Source: Planctomycetota bacterium (GTDB taxonomy: Bacteria; Planctomycetota; B15-G4). Taken from it: a stretch of DNA of 64,000 bases. Below, in pieces: positions 46,770 through 58,408 of the stretch. Positions within the stretch are counted from its first letter, which is position 1; every line of letters starts with the position of its first letter. The stretch spans positions 192,001 to 256,000 of the forward strand of contig JBBQUR010000001.1 of the NCBI GenBank assembly GCA_038212275.1, written 5' to 3'. The notes below the pieces were generated by a model that had not been told where the DNA came from, made no database searches, and saw only the letters and a list, made by a program, of their open reading frames with translations. Both the position numbers and the translations under genes were made by a program.

Positions 46770-47879
46770 ATGACCGGCGCACCCGCACCGCTGCAGATCC
46801 TGTCGCCCAACGGCAGCGTGGACACCGCGCTGCTGCCGTCGCTGCCGCCCGACCGGATGGTGGAGCTGTACCGGCAGATGGTCATGGTGCGCATCATGGA
46901 CACGCGCATGCTGGCGCTGCAGCGCCAGGGGCGCATCGGCTTCTACGGCACGTGCAAGGGCCAGGAGGCCGCGACGGTGGGCAGCGGTGCGGCCGTCGCC
47001 GCGCGCGACTGGGTCTATCCGGCACTGCGCGAGGGCGCGGTGCTGCTCATGCGCGGTTTCCCGCTGGACCGCTACGTCGCGCAGCTCATGGGCAATGGCC
47101 ACGACGAGGCGCACGGGCGGCAGATGCCCTGCCACTTCGGGAGCCGCAAGTACCGCTTCGTCACGCTGAGCTCCGTCATCGGCACGCAGATCCCGCAGGC
47201 GATGGGCACCGCGTGGGCCGCGAAGATCCGCGGCGACGATGTCGTGACGCTGGCCTACCTCGGCGACGGCGCGACGAGCAGCACGGACTTCCATTGCGCG
47301 CTCACCTTCGCGGCCGTGCACAAGTTGCCGGTCGTCTTCCTCTGCCAGAACAATCAATTCGCGATCAGCGTGCCGTTCGCGAAGCAGACGGCGAGCGCCG
47401 GCATCGCGGTGAAGGCCGTCGCCTACGGCATGCCCGGCGTCGCGGTGGACGGCAACGACGTGCTCGCGGTGTACAGCGCCACGCGCGAGGCCGTGGACCG
47501 CGCGCGCAGCGGCGAGGGCCCGACCCTCATCGAGGCCATCACGTATCGCCTCGAAGGCCACAGCAGCAGCGACGACCCGACGCGCTACCGCGACGAGTCC
47601 GTCACGAAGTCCTGGGCCCAGCGCGATCCGATCGCGCGCTTTCGCCGCTTCCTCGAGCTGGAAGGCCTGGTCTCCGTCGCGCTGGACGAGCAGATCCAGG
47701 CCGAGCTCAAGTCCTCCATCGATGCCGCGATCAGCCAGGCCGAAGCCGGCCCCGCGCCCGACGTCGAGACGCTGTTCACCGACGTCTACGCGGAGATGCC
47801 GGCGCACATCGCCGAGCAGCGCGACGAAGTGCTGCGCGAGCAGGGCGGCGGAAGCAACTCGGGAGCATTCCCGCTCTGA
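46770..47879 (+). CDS. 2-oxoacid dehydrogenase E1 alpha, copy 2
   Basis: [25 protein letters not shown]...[18 protein letters not shown]. Confidence 0.95.
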   Translation: MTGAPAPLQILSPNGSVDTALLPSLPPDRMVELYRQMVMVRIMDTRMLALQRQGRIGFYGTCKGQEAATVGSGAAVAARDWVYPALREGAVLLMRGFPLDRYVAQLMGNGHDEAHGRQMPCHFGSRKYRFVTLSSVIGTQIPQAMGTAWAAKIRGDDVVTLAYLGDGATSSTDFHCALTFAAVHKLPVVFLCQNNQFAISVPFAKQTASAGIAVKAVAYGMPGVAVDGNDVLAVYSATREAVDRARSGEGPTLIEAITYRLEGHSSSDDPTRYRDESVTKSWAQRDPIARFRRFLELEGLVSVALDEQIQAELKSSIDAAISQAEAGPAPDVETLFTDVYAEMPAHIAEQRDEVLREQGGGSNSGAFPL

Positions 47880-48235
47880 CTCTGCCCGGATGGGGACTGA
47901 GCGTATGCGTTCCTCAGGCTTGGCCATGTTCCGCCTGCTCCTTGGGAGTGGCGCGGCAACATGTAACGGCACGAGCCAGCGCACGACATTGCCGAGTGGC
48001 AAGTCGCGCACACGGGGGGACACGCTCGTGGAGAGCGGGCTCCCCGATGCGAAGATGGCCGGCCTGCGCGCAGGCCAATCAACTGCCGGCGTGTTCTGCG
48101 TGAGTTCCACCCGATGTTTGATGCTTCTGGTATCCGCCGATCCCTGCAACTCCTGATCGAGGCCCGCTCGATCCGGCATCGTCAACACCTGAAGGTTCGC
48201 TCCGACCGTCGGCTCGGCTTCGCGGGGACTTTGCG

Positions 48236-49249
48236 ATGAGCGGAAGCGAGCCGGAGGACCGTGGCGAGGTTCTCGTCTATGAGGCCCCGGACGGGGCGGT
48301 GCGCGTGGATGTCCGGCTGGCGCGGGAGACGGTCTGGCTGAGCCAGCAGCAGATGGCCGAGTTGTTCGGCCGCGAGCGCTCGGTGATCACCAAGCACCTC
48401 CGCAACGTGTTCAAGGAGGGCGAACTGGAGCCGGCGGCAGTATGTGCAAAAATTGCACACACTGCCGCGGACCGCAAGACTTACGAGGTCGACTTCTACA
48501 ACCTCGACGCCATCCTCTCGGTTGGCTACCGCGTCAACTCGAGGCGCGGGACCCAGTTCCGCATCTGGGCCACGACGACTCTGCGGGAGCACCTGCTGCG
48601 AGGCTACACGCTTCATGAGCGGCGGCTGCGAGAGCGCGGCCTGAAGGAAGTCGAGGAGGCCGTCGACCTGCTGGCCCGCACCTTGACGACCCACGAGCTG
48701 GTCACGGACGAAGGCCGCGCGCTGCTCGATGTCATCCAGCAATACACCCGGGCTTGGCGGCTCCTGCTGGCATATGACGAGCAGCGGCTGGCCGAAGCAC
48801 CGGAGCGCCCGGTGCTCCAGACGGCGGCGCTCTCGCTCGACGACGCGCGTGCCGCCGCTGCAACCCTGCGAGCAGATCTCGCGGCACGCGGTGAAGCAGG
48901 CGAGCTCTTCGGCCAGGAGCAAGGGGACGGCCTGGCGGGACTTCTCGGCGCCATCGAGCAGACCTTCGGTGGCAAGGCGCTCTATCCCAGCGCCCAGAGG
49001 CGCGCGGCGCACCTGCTGTACTTCGTCATCAAGGACCACCCGTTCGGCGACGGCAACAAGCGCATCGGCACGCTGTTGTTCCTCGAGTACCTGCGGCGCA
49101 ACGGGTTGCTCCTTCGAACGGATGGCAGTCCGCGCCTTGCGGACAATGCGATGGTGGCGCTTGCACTACTGATCGCCGAGAGCGCCCCGCCGCAGAGAGA
49201 CCTGATGGTCCGGCTGACCTTGAACCTGCTCGGTGACGGGACTCCGTGA
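48236..49249 (+). CDS. RhuM-like N-terminal domain fused to Fic/Doc domain
   Basis: ETVWLSQQQMAELF, YNLDAILSVGYRVNSRRGTQFRIWA; HPFGDGNKRIG Fic motif. Confidence 0.93.
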   Translation: MSGSEPEDRGEVLVYEAPDGAVRVDVRLARETVWLSQQQMAELFGRERSVITKHLRNVFKEGELEPAAVCAKIAHTAADRKTYEVDFYNLDAILSVGYRVNSRRGTQFRIWATTTLREHLLRGYTLHERRLRERGLKEVEEAVDLLARTLTTHELVTDEGRALLDVIQQYTRAWRLLLAYDEQRLAEAPERPVLQTAALSLDDARAAAATLRADLAARGEAGELFGQEQGDGLAGLLGAIEQTFGGKALYPSAQRRAAHLLYFVIKDHPFGDGNKRIGTLLFLEYLRRNGLLLRTDGSPRLADNAMVALALLIAESAPPQRDLMVRLTLNLLGDGTP

Positions 49250-49566
49250 ATGAGGAAGGCGCCAGCGCTCAACTCATCCACATGCTGCCGGAGGCTGGCA
49301 TGCGGATGCGTTTTTGCCGTAACCATTGTGTCGTGCGCGCCACTTGCATGCAGCGCGTATCGGCGCGGGCATGCCGGGCACACCAGGCGCTGACCCTCGA
49401 GGCGTCGTGCATGGGCGGAGGTGGGACGATGGGACCGGATCGACCGGCAGACGTGGACTGCCAACCGAACGACGTGGATCGCCGGCTGCGACGATGGAAG
49501 TGCGCTCCCGACGATACATGGCCGCACGCATCACGCGATCGCGTGAGTCGTCGTTGCGCTGCGACC

Positions 49567-51435
49567 ATGCTGGTGATGCTGACGCTCCTGGCCGGGCAGG
49601 CTTTCGGGCAGGATGCAGACGCTCCGAGTGGGCTTCCCGGCCGCGTCGTCGATGCCGCGTGGGAGCCCGTGCCGTTCGCGAAAATCCTCGTCTGGCATCT
49701 CTCGAGTCCGGCCCCGATATGGGACCAGCTTCCGGATCCTCCTGCCGCGACGCTGACCGCGGACGAGCAGGGCGAGTTCCTGCTGCCCGCATCGGACAAA
49801 TGGCTTCTGGTCTCCGCCGAGGCCGCGGGGCTGGCGGCTGCCTTCGATCTCCGCGTCGCGCCGGGAGCGCGGCCCCGGCACACGCTCGAGTTGCAGTTGG
49901 TGGCTGAAGTTCGCTGGACAGCACACCTGACGACCGAAGGCGGCGGCCCGATCGGCGCGGGCCGCGTGTGCTTTCATCCGCGCCGCGATGGAAACGCCCA
50001 CGAGTTCACGCTGGACCCGGGCGTGCTGCGCGTCGATCGCCCGCTTCCCGATGCGACTCTGCGGGCGGATGGTTCCGCGACGGCCAGGGTGCCGGACGTT
50101 CCCTGCTTCGTCATCGTGTGCCCGGAGTTCTGCGCCGACTGGTCGGGGACGGTCAACCCGCGGACGCCGCTCGCGCTGGTGCTCCCGAGTCTCCACCGCG
50201 TTGCTGGACGCCTTGTCGATTCCGACGGGGCGCCCATCGCCGACGCCACCGTGAATGTGGGCAGCTACCGCCAGGAACAGACCGACGCATCGGGTGGGTT
50301 CAGCGTCGAGGTCGAGGCGCAGGACGGCATCGCCACGTTGCCGATCGCCGCCGCCGGTTTCGCGCAGACGTCGGCAGTGGTGGACGTGTCCGGAGGCGAC
50401 GTCTCGGGAGTCGTGCTGACACTCGCGCCCGTGGCGCCACTACGCGGCGTCATCACGAACGCGCATGGCGACCCTGTGAATGCCTGCATCGATCTGCTCC
50501 GCAAACGAAGCGCCGACGGAAGCTGGGAGCGCGTCGATCCACAGTGGTCCTTCGACTGGTGGGCGACTTCATCGGACGGCAGCTTCGCGGCCCCCGTCCC
50601 CGCGGCCGGCGAATACATGGTCTCCATCGACAATGCGAATGACGACACGGGGACGCAGCTCGTCCTGCGTACGGGAGACGAGCCGCTCGCCATCCAGCTC
50701 GGTGAAGACGAACACGGTGCGCTGGACTCACTCACCGTGCTGGCGCACGAGGCACTCGGCGGAGCACCGATCGAGCCGACGCTGCTGCAGGTGACCACGC
50801 TCTTCGGGGAGCAGCGCGCGACCCAGTCCGCCGGGCCGCAGCGTGCCTGGAGCATGAGCGTCTCCGACATCCCGCTGGGTCGCGTGAGCCTGCGTCTCGC
50901 GGCGCGCGGCCACCTCGTGCATGACGAGACCATCGAGGAGACCGAGGGTGGCGGGCGACAAGTCGCGGTGTCCATGCAGCCGGCACGCTGCGTGCGGCTT
51001 CGGCTCGTCGACGGAACTGGCAGGCCGCTCGCGCACGCGCGCGCGAGCGTCCTCGACGAGAACGGCGTCGTCGTGCCGCTGCTCGCCGGACCGGAGTCCA
51101 TCGTGGACGAAGTGCTGATGGACGAGCGAGGCGAAGCCTGCGTGGATGGCGTGCCGCTCGGCCCGGTCTCCGTGCTCGTGACGGTAATGCCTGGTGGGGA
51201 CGCTGTCGCCCGGCCGCTCGAGCAGACGGCGATGCCAGGTGGGGATTCTGTCGCCCGGACTCCCGGGGCGGCGGAGGGGGAGACGGAGGAGGCAGCGGCG
51301 CACGACGACGCAACGTACGACGCCGCGTGGCGCGCCACACGGCCGAGCGGCGTCCTGCCGGCTAGCGACGTCGCTTCCGCGGACGACACGATCGTCGTGG
51401 TGATCTCAGCGCCAGGCAACGCGCAGCGTCGCTGA
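49567..51435 (+). CDS. Secreted protein with carboxypeptidase-regulatory-like (prealbumin fold) repeats
   Basis: Signal-like MLVMLTLLAGQAFGQ; repeats GRVVDAAWEPV, GRLVDSDGAPIADATV..TDASGGF, RLVDGTGRPLA; start uncertain. Confidence 0.7.
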   Translation: MLVMLTLLAGQAFGQDADAPSGLPGRVVDAAWEPVPFAKILVWHLSSPAPIWDQLPDPPAATLTADEQGEFLLPASDKWLLVSAEAAGLAAAFDLRVAPGARPRHTLELQLVAEVRWTAHLTTEGGGPIGAGRVCFHPRRDGNAHEFTLDPGVLRVDRPLPDATLRADGSATARVPDVPCFVIVCPEFCADWSGTVNPRTPLALVLPSLHRVAGRLVDSDGAPIADATVNVGSYRQEQTDASGGFSVEVEAQDGIATLPIAAAGFAQTSAVVDVSGGDVSGVVLTLAPVAPLRGVITNAHGDPVNACIDLLRKRSADGSWERVDPQWSFDWWATSSDGSFAAPVPAAGEYMVSIDNANDDTGTQLVLRTGDEPLAIQLGEDEHGALDSLTVLAHEALGGAPIEPTLLQVTTLFGEQRATQSAGPQRAWSMSVSDIPLGRVSLRLAARGHLVHDETIEETEGGGRQVAVSMQPARCVRLRLVDGTGRPLAHARASVLDENGVVVPLLAGPESIVDEVLMDERGEACVDGVPLGPVSVLVTVMPGGDAVARPLEQTAMPGGDSVARTPGAAEGETEEAAAHDDATYDAAWRATRPSGVLPASDVASADDTIVVVISAPGNAQRR

Positions 51436-51546
51436 TGCGCAGGAGGCCGCCGGAGACGAGTCCCGCCCCGCGGCTCCGGAATGCGCTGCGCGCTGACGGC
51501 AACAGCGCGTAAAGTCACACCTCTTCGCACGCGAGAACCTGCCGCA

Positions 51547-54183
51547 GTGACCCTGCCCGTCGGCTCCAGCCTCTCCTGCTACGAGATCCTCGGTCCGCTG
51601 GGCGCGGGGGCGATGGGCGAGGTGTATCGCGCCCGGGACACGCGGCTCGAGCGCGAGGTTGCGATCAAGGTGCTGCCCGAGCACTTCGCCAGCGACGGCG
51701 AACGATTGCGGCGCTTCGAGCGCGAGGCGAAGACGCTCGCGTCGCTCAACCATCCGAACGTCGCGCAGATCTTCGGCGTGGACCAGGTCGGCGACACGTG
51801 CTTCCTCGTGCTCGAGCTGGTGCCGGGCGAGTCGCTCGAGGAGCGCCTCAAGCGCGGGCCGCTGCCGCTCGACGAAGCGCTCGACGCGTGCCGGCAGATC
51901 GCGGAGGGACTCGAGGCTGCGCACGAAGCCGGCGTGATCCATCGCGACCTCAAGCCCGCGAACATCCGCGTCACGCCCGACGGCAAGGTCAAGGTGCTCG
52001 ACTTCGGCCTGGCCAAGTCCGTGATCGTCGGCGAGCAGCACTCCTCCGACAGCGTGCTCTCGACCGAGCACGGCCGGCTTCTCGGCACGCCGACCTACAT
52101 GGTGCCGGAGCAGGCGCGCGGCCGGCACATCGACCGGCGCGTGGACATCTGGGCCTTCGGCTGCGTGCTCTACGAATGCCTGACGAGCCAGCGCGCCTTC
52201 ACGGGCGAGACGCTCACCGACGTGCTCGGCGCCGTGCTTCACACCACGCCCGACCTGGCGCGGCTCCCGGCAGGCACGCCGCGCTCCGTGCGCGAACTCC
52301 TCGCGCGCTGCCTCGAAAAGGATCCGCACAATCGATTGCGCGACATCGGAGAAGCGCGCCTCCTGCTCGGTGATCGCGCCGCGCTCGTCGCGGCGGAGGC
52401 GGCGGAGGCGTCGGCAGCGGTTGCGTCGGCAGCGGCGGCCGCTGCTGCGGCGTCCGACTCCGCGGCGCGTGGCGGCCGCGCGCCGTGGCTGCCGTGGACA
52501 CTCGCCGGTGCCACCGTGCTGGTGGCAGTCTTCTTCGGGCTGCGCGGCGGACGCCAGCCGCCGCTCCCGCTGCCGGACGCCACTCCGACGCTGACCGCCG
52601 CGACGCCGTCGCCGCGCACGTTCACCCCCCGAACCTTCGGGCCGCAGTTCGTGTGCACTGCCCGCTTTCTGCCGCACGCGCAGGGCATCGTCTACAGCTC
52701 GGCGCTCACGGGAAACCGGCCCGAGATGTTTCTGCTCCAGACGGGCGCGATGGCGCCGCAGCGCATCGCACCCGCGGGCACGGTGCTGCTCTCGATCTCG
52801 TCGAGCGGCGAGCTGGCCGTGCTCACCGACGCGACCTACTTCAACCACCGCCTGTTCGTCGGCACGCTGGCGCGCATGACGATCGACGGTGCGCCGCGCG
52901 CCCTCATCGACGAAGTGCGCGACGCCGATTGGGGCCGCGACGGCGAGCTGGCCGTCGTCCGCAGGCTGGACGGGCTCGATCAGCTTGAGTACCCGTCGGG
53001 CAAGGCGCTTTACACGACGACCGGCTACGTGAGCGAGCCGCGCGTCTCGCCCGACGGCACGCGTGTGGCCTTTCTCGATCACACCGACTGGCTCGACGAC
53101 CGGGGCTGGGTCAAGGTGGTCGACCGCGCCGGCAACGTCACGACGCTGAGCGACGAGTGCTCCGCGCTCGAAGGGCTCACGTGGGAGCCGGGCGGCGCGC
53201 GGCTGCTGTTCTCGGGAGCGCGCAGCGGTGGCTCGGCCCGCATGTCGCCGCTCTCCACGTCGGCGTCCGGCCCGGACGTGCGCGACGAGTTCGACACGCC
53301 CGGCGAGATGTTCCTGCTGGATGCCGCCGACGACGGGCGCCTGCTCGCCATCGAGGCGGACACGTTCTACGGCGTCGGGGTGCGACTGCCCGGGCGGCCC
53401 GCGGATCTCGACGTGAGCTGGCTGGACCAGTCGTGGGGCGGGCAGCTCTCGCCGGACGGGACTTCGGTCGTCTTCTCGAACGGCCACGGCGGGCCGAACT
53501 ACACCGTCGTCACGCGCAGGCTCGATGGCTCACCGATCACGACGCTCGGCGAGGGTGATGCGCGGGGCTACTCGCCCGACGGACGCTGGGTTGTCGCGCA
53601 GCTCTTCACGCCCTGCGGTCTCGTGCTCTATCCGACGGGCGCCGGCGCCGCGCGGCCGCTCGAGCGCGGGCCGCTCGAGACCATCACGGGCGCCGCGTGG
53701 TTCCCGGACGGGAAGAGCCTGCTGGTGACCGGTGCGGAGAAGGGCCGGCGGCTGCGCTGCTACCGGCAGCCCATCGATGGCGGGCCGCCCGAAGCGGTCA
53801 CGCCCGAGGGCTTCGCCGGAACCCTTTCACCGCTCGGAGACCGGATCATCTGCCGCGACGCAAAGACTGGCTGGGTCTTCTGTGCCCTCGACGGCGGCGC
53901 GGCCGTGCCGGTGCCCGGCCTCGATGCGCTCGATGACGTCGAGGCGTGGACTCCCGCAGGCGACGGCGTGTACGTGCAGCGATTCGGGGCCATTCCCGCA
54001 CGACTCGATCATGTGGACCTCGCGACCGGGACGCGCACCGCGGCCTTCGTGCTCGGGCCGGAGAGCCAGGCCGGGCTCGTGCGCGTCGTGTCCGCCGAGC
54101 GCGTGCTCGATCCGCAGCGCGCCTACGCCTACGGCTACTATCGCCGCCTGTCGCAGCTTTTCGTGGTGGAAGGCGGACGATGA
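51547..54183 (+). CDS. Hanks-type Ser/Thr kinase with C-terminal TolB/WD40-like propellers
   Basis: [46 protein letters not shown]; hydrophobic segment; SPDG repeats. Confidence 0.95.
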   Translation: MTLPVGSSLSCYEILGPLGAGAMGEVYRARDTRLEREVAIKVLPEHFASDGERLRRFEREAKTLASLNHPNVAQIFGVDQVGDTCFLVLELVPGESLEERLKRGPLPLDEALDACRQIAEGLEAAHEAGVIHRDLKPANIRVTPDGKVKVLDFGLAKSVIVGEQHSSDSVLSTEHGRLLGTPTYMVPEQARGRHIDRRVDIWAFGCVLYECLTSQRAFTGETLTDVLGAVLHTTPDLARLPAGTPRSVRELLARCLEKDPHNRLRDIGEARLLLGDRAALVAAEAAEASAAVASAAAAAAAASDSAARGGRAPWLPWTLAGATVLVAVFFGLRGGRQPPLPLPDATPTLTAATPSPRTFTPRTFGPQFVCTARFLPHAQGIVYSSALTGNRPEMFLLQTGAMAPQRIAPAGTVLLSISSSGELAVLTDATYFNHRLFVGTLARMTIDGAPRALIDEVRDADWGRDGELAVVRRLDGLDQLEYPSGKALYTTTGYVSEPRVSPDGTRVAFLDHTDWLDDRGWVKVVDRAGNVTTLSDECSALEGLTWEPGGARLLFSGARSGGSARMSPLSTSASGPDVRDEFDTPGEMFLLDAADDGRLLAIEADTFYGVGVRLPGRPADLDVSWLDQSWGGQLSPDGTSVVFSNGHGGPNYTVVTRRLDGSPITTLGEGDARGYSPDGRWVVAQLFTPCGLVLYPTGAGAARPLERGPLETITGAAWFPDGKSLLVTGAEKGRRLRCYRQPIDGGPPEAVTPEGFAGTLSPLGDRIICRDAKTGWVFCALDGGAAVPVPGLDALDDVEAWTPAGDGVYVQRFGAIPARLDHVDLATGTRTAAFVLGPESQAGLVRVVSAERVLDPQRAYAYGYYRRLSQLFVVEGGR

Positions 54184-54205
54184 ACGCGACCAGGGAGCAT
54201 GCACC

Positions 54206-57154
54206 GTGACCAGGGACGAAGGACGCGACCGATCGTTCGCCGGGCCGCCCTCTTCGGGCGTGGATCTCCCGCCGTCGGTCCTCGATCTGGTGGGCAAGCG
54301 CACGGGCGTGGCGCCGCGCGTCATGCTGCGCGACGAGGACTCGGCCACCGTCGCGTCGCCGGTCATCGACCCCAGCTCGAAGGAAGTGGCGTCGATCCCG
54401 CTCGGCCGCAGCAACTACCAGTTCCTGGGCGAGATCGCGCGCGGCGGGATGGGCGTCATCCTCAAGGGCCACGACACGGACCTCGGCCGCGACGTCGCGG
54501 TGAAAGTGCTCGATGCGCGGCTGTCCGATCACCCCGAGGTGGTGCAGCGCTTCATCGAGGAGGCGCAGATCGGCGGGCAGCTCCAGCACCCGGGCATCGT
54601 GCCCGTGTACGAGCTGGGCACGATGAAGGACGAGCGCCCCTTCTTCATCATGAAGCTCGTGAAGGGCCGCACGCTGGCGACGCTGCTCGCCGAGCGCGAG
54701 TCGCCGGCCGCCGACACGCGCCGCATGGTGGACATCTTCGAGGCCGTTTGCCAGACGATGGCGTACGCGCACTCGCGCGGCGTCATCCACCGCGACCTGA
54801 AGCCCGCCAACATCATGGTCGGCGCCTTCGGCGAGGTGCAGGTGGTGGACTGGGGACTCGCCAAGGTGCTCGCGCGCGGCGGCACCGCCGACGAGAAGCG
54901 CGCGCGCCAGGCGCAGGTGCAGTCGCAGTTCACGGTGCTGGAGACGGTGCGCTCGAAGGAGGGCTCGGGCAGCGGCAGCGACTCGATGGTGGGCTCGGTG
55001 ATGGGTACGCCCGCGTACATGCCGCCCGAGCAGGCCTCCGGGCACGTGGACCGGCTCGACGAGCGCGCGGACGTCTTCGCACTCGGCGCGATCCTGTGCG
55101 AGACCCTCACCGGGCTGCCGCCGTACACCGGCACGCGCGACGAGATCGTCGCCGCAGCCGCGCAGGCCGAGTGCGAGCCCGCGCTCAAGCGGCTCGAAGT
55201 CTGCGGCGCGGACCCTGAGCTGCTGAAGCTCACGAAGCAGTGCCTGATGCCCGCCGCGGCGGCGCGGCCGGCCAACGCGGGCGTGGTCGCCGAGCGCGTA
55301 CACCACTACATCGTCTCCGTCGAGGAGCGCGCGCAGGCCGCGCGGGTGGAGAGCGCCGCGGCTCTCATGCGCGTCGAGCAGGAGCGCAAGGCGCGGCGGC
55401 TGACGGCGGCGCTGGCCGTGGCCGTGGTCGCCATCCTTCTGGTGGCCGGCGCGAGCTGGGCCTTCGTGCAGAGCGAGCGCACGGCCCGCGAGCACGAGCA
55501 GGCGGCGCGAGAGCGCGAGGTGGCCGAGCGCAACGCGAAGCTCTCGACCGAGGTCGGCGACGCGCTGGCCGAGGCCTCCGTGCACGAGGGCGGCGGGCGC
55601 TGGGACGAGGCGCTGCTGTCCGCGGAACGTGCCAGCGCGCTGGCGCAGGGCGGCGGCGCCGGTAGCGATCTGCTCGACCGCGTGAACGGCGTGGTGTCAC
55701 GCCTGCAGGCGGCGCGCGACCTCGCCCGCGTGGCCGCCGCACGCGACGAGGACAACCGGCAGTTGGTGGCCGAGCTGCTCGAAGCGCGGGAGCCGATCTG
55801 GGCCGACAACCGCGACGATCCGGCGCGCGCGGAGGCGTCCTTCGAGGCCGTCTTCCGCATGCACGGCATCGACATCGACGCGGGCACGCCGCAGGACGTC
55901 GCATCGCTGCTGGTCGCGCGCGGCCTGGGCTCGGAGATCGCGCTCTTCCTCGACTCGCTCACCGCGCTGCGCCGCCAGACCGGCGACACGGCGGGCACCG
56001 ACCGTGCGCTGGACGTCGCGCACGCCGTGGATCCCGACCCGCTGCGCGCCGATCTGCGCGAGGCGCTCGCCGCGCGCGAGCTCGGCATCCTGAACGACAT
56101 CGTGGCCTCGGGCTTCCGCGACCAGCCACCGATCACGATCGAGCTGCTCGGCGCGGCGCTCCAGCAACTCGGCCAGCGCGAAGCCGCGCGCGGCGTCTAT
56201 CGCGCGGGCATCGACCGCTTCCCGGGAGACTTCTCGCTGCAGTACCGGCTGGGGCGGCTGCTCACGCCGCCAGAACTGACCACGGGACCGCGCGACGAGA
56301 TGGACGAGGCCGCCGAGTGCTACCGCGCCGCGCTCGCGCTGCGCCCCGACAGCACGGTGGTGCGCTACTACCTCGGGCGCATCTTCTTCAAGCTCGACCG
56401 CTCCGAGCGGGCCATCGAGCAATACCTGGTGGCGCTGCAGCAGCGCCCGGATGACGGCACCTTCCTGTTCAACCTCGCGGCCAGTCGCTTCAAGCTCGGC
56501 GAGGTCGAGCCGGCGCTGGAGACATTCCGCACGCTCGTGGATCGCAAGGATCCCGACTGGCTCGAGGGCTGGTCGGCGCACCTGATCGGGAAGTGCCTGC
56601 TTGCACTCGGCAGGCCGGGAGAAGCCATCGTGGCCGCCGAGCGAGCGGTGCGCGTGTTGCCGGGCCAGGCCCCGCTGGTCGGGGGGCTGCTCGATGCCGT
56701 CTTCGCCGGAGGCACGGTCGAGCAGCAGCGGCGCGTGATCGACGACACGCTCGCGCAGTTTCCCGTTGACTCCAACATGCTGGACAACGTGGCCTGGAGC
56801 CTGGCCAAGTCGAAGGATGCAGCCCTGCACGACACGGGCGAAGCGATCGCGCTCGCGCGCCGCTCGATCGAGCTGAACGACGCGTTCTCGGCGTGGAACA
56901 CGCTGGGCGTCGCGCTGTACTACGCGGGCGATTTCGCCGGAGCCATCGACGCGATGCAGCGCTCGGTGCGGATGCAGGGCGCCGGCAGCATCAGCGACTG
57001 GCTCTTCCTGGCGATGGCCCACAAGCGCCTCGGGCACGACACCGAGGCGCAAGTCTGGTACGACCGCTCGGTGGACTGGATGGCGGGCCAGGTCGGCATC
57101 GACCCGGACACCGCGCGCTTCCGCGCCGAGGCCGACGCGCTGCTGGCGCCGTGA
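54206..57154 (+). CDS. Hanks-type Ser/Thr kinase with C-terminal TPR domain
   Basis: [39 protein letters not shown]; hydrophobic helix; TPR motifs ([19 protein letters not shown]). Confidence 0.95.
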   Translation: MTRDEGRDRSFAGPPSSGVDLPPSVLDLVGKRTGVAPRVMLRDEDSATVASPVIDPSSKEVASIPLGRSNYQFLGEIARGGMGVILKGHDTDLGRDVAVKVLDARLSDHPEVVQRFIEEAQIGGQLQHPGIVPVYELGTMKDERPFFIMKLVKGRTLATLLAERESPAADTRRMVDIFEAVCQTMAYAHSRGVIHRDLKPANIMVGAFGEVQVVDWGLAKVLARGGTADEKRARQAQVQSQFTVLETVRSKEGSGSGSDSMVGSVMGTPAYMPPEQASGHVDRLDERADVFALGAILCETLTGLPPYTGTRDEIVAAAAQAECEPALKRLEVCGADPELLKLTKQCLMPAAAARPANAGVVAERVHHYIVSVEERAQAARVESAAALMRVEQERKARRLTAALAVAVVAILLVAGASWAFVQSERTAREHEQAAREREVAERNAKLSTEVGDALAEASVHEGGGRWDEALLSAERASALAQGGGAGSDLLDRVNGVVSRLQAARDLARVAAARDEDNRQLVAELLEAREPIWADNRDDPARAEASFEAVFRMHGIDIDAGTPQDVASLLVARGLGSEIALFLDSLTALRRQTGDTAGTDRALDVAHAVDPDPLRADLREALAARELGILNDIVASGFRDQPPITIELLGAALQQLGQREAARGVYRAGIDRFPGDFSLQYRLGRLLTPPELTTGPRDEMDEAAECYRAALALRPDSTVVRYYLGRIFFKLDRSERAIEQYLVALQQRPDDGTFLFNLAASRFKLGEVEPALETFRTLVDRKDPDWLEGWSAHLIGKCLLALGRPGEAIVAAERAVRVLPGQAPLVGGLLDAVFAGGTVEQQRRVIDDTLAQFPVDSNMLDNVAWSLAKSKDAALHDTGEAIALARRSIELNDAFSAWNTLGVALYYAGDFAGAIDAMQRSVRMQGAGSISDWLFLAMAHKRLGHDTEAQVWYDRSVDWMAGQVGIDPDTARFRAEADALLAP

Positions 57155-57232
57155 GGCGGCGGGCCGGGCCGTGCAAGTCTGTCGCTGCGGATTCGAGCGA
57201 GGAGCAGGCGGCGCGGCGTGGAGATGGAGCCG

Positions 57233-58378
57233 ATGAACAAGCCGACGACTCGGCCGCTGCGTGTGGTCGTCATCGGCGCCGGGATCGGCGGGCTGGCGTG
57301 CGCCATCGCGCTGCGGCAGGTCGGGCACGACGTCGCCGTGTTCGAGCGTGCGGACGAGCTGCGCGAGGCGGGCGCCGGGCTCACGCTCTGGAGCAACGCG
57401 ATCCGCTGCGCGCGGCAACTCGGCCTCGAGCGCGCGCTGCTCGACGCGGGGGCGGAACTGCGGCGCGCCGAGATCCGCGCGTCCGGCGGCAGGCTGCTCG
57501 CGGCGACGTCCGTCGCCGATCTGTCGCGGGAGCTCGGCGCCCCGAGCCTGGCGATCGCGCGCGCCGATCTGCAGGCCGTGCTCCTGGGGGCGCTCCCGCG
57601 CGACGTCGTGACGCTCGGCGCCCGCTGCGTGCGCCTCGATGACGGCGTGCACTTCGCGAACGGCAGCACGGAACGAGGTGACGTCGTCGTCGGCGCGGAC
57701 GGCGTGCACTCCGTCGTGCGCGCGCAGCTCCACGGCGAGCAGCCGTTGCGCGAGGCGGGGTACACGTGCTGGCGCGCGCTGCTGCCGTTCGAACACGCGC
57801 GCCTGCCGCCGGGCCTGGCCTTCGAGACGTGGGGGCGCGGTGCGCGCTTCGGCGCCGTCGGCGTGGGACGCGGCCGCGTGTACTGGTTCGCCACGGCCAA
57901 CGCGGCGCCCGGAGGCCGCGACGGCGACGTGCGCGCCGAGTTGCTCGCACGCTTCGGTGCCTGGCACGAGCCGATCGGCGCGCTGCTGGAGGCCACGGAT
58001 CCCGCCACGGTGCAGCGCCTCGATATCGCGGATCGCCCGCCTCTGGCCGCGTGGGGCCGCGACGCGGTCACGCTGCTGGGCGACGCCGCGCATGCCACGA
58101 CGCCCAATCTCGGTCAGGGCGCATGCCTCGCCTTCGAGGACGCGATCGTGCTGCGCGATGCGCTCGCGCTCGACGTCCCGACTGCCGATGCGCTGCGGCG
58201 CTACGAGGCGACGCGCAACCCGCGCGCCGCCTTCATCATCCGGCGCTCGCGCGCGCTCGGGCGCGTCGGTCAGCTCCGCCAGCCGCTGCTGTGCGCGGCG
58301 CGAGACCTGGGGCTGCGCCTGACGCCCGCGGCTGTCCTGCGCCGCGGCATGCTGGCCGCGCTCGCGGGAGGCCCGTGA
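57233..58378 (+). CDS. FAD-dependent monooxygenase (UbiH/salicylate hydroxylase-like)
   Basis: VVIGAGIGGL, VGADGVHSVVR, LLGDAAHATTPNLGQGA; start 57218-57233. Confidence 0.92.
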   Translation: MNKPTTRPLRVVVIGAGIGGLACAIALRQVGHDVAVFERADELREAGAGLTLWSNAIRCARQLGLERALLDAGAELRRAEIRASGGRLLAATSVADLSRELGAPSLAIARADLQAVLLGALPRDVVTLGARCVRLDDGVHFANGSTERGDVVVGADGVHSVVRAQLHGEQPLREAGYTCWRALLPFEHARLPPGLAFETWGRGARFGAVGVGRGRVYWFATANAAPGGRDGDVRAELLARFGAWHEPIGALLEATDPATVQRLDIADRPPLAAWGRDAVTLLGDAAHATTPNLGQGACLAFEDAIVLRDALALDVPTADALRRYEATRNPRAAFIIRRSRALGRVGQLRQPLLCAARDLGLRLTPAAVLRRGMLAALAGGP

Positions 58379-58408
58379 GCCCCACTGCGAGCGCGGCCGG
58401 TGCGCACA

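Noticed and set aside
49250..49530. Minus-strand LEGQRLVCPACPRRYAL as a Rieske-like remnant
   Set aside because: Lacks the CxH and CxxH ligand motifs; resemblance too weak
47880..49560. RhuM-Fic region as an IS, integron cassette or prophage
   Set aside because: No transposase, integrase, terminal repeats or attC structure recognised; horizontal origin possible but unsupported
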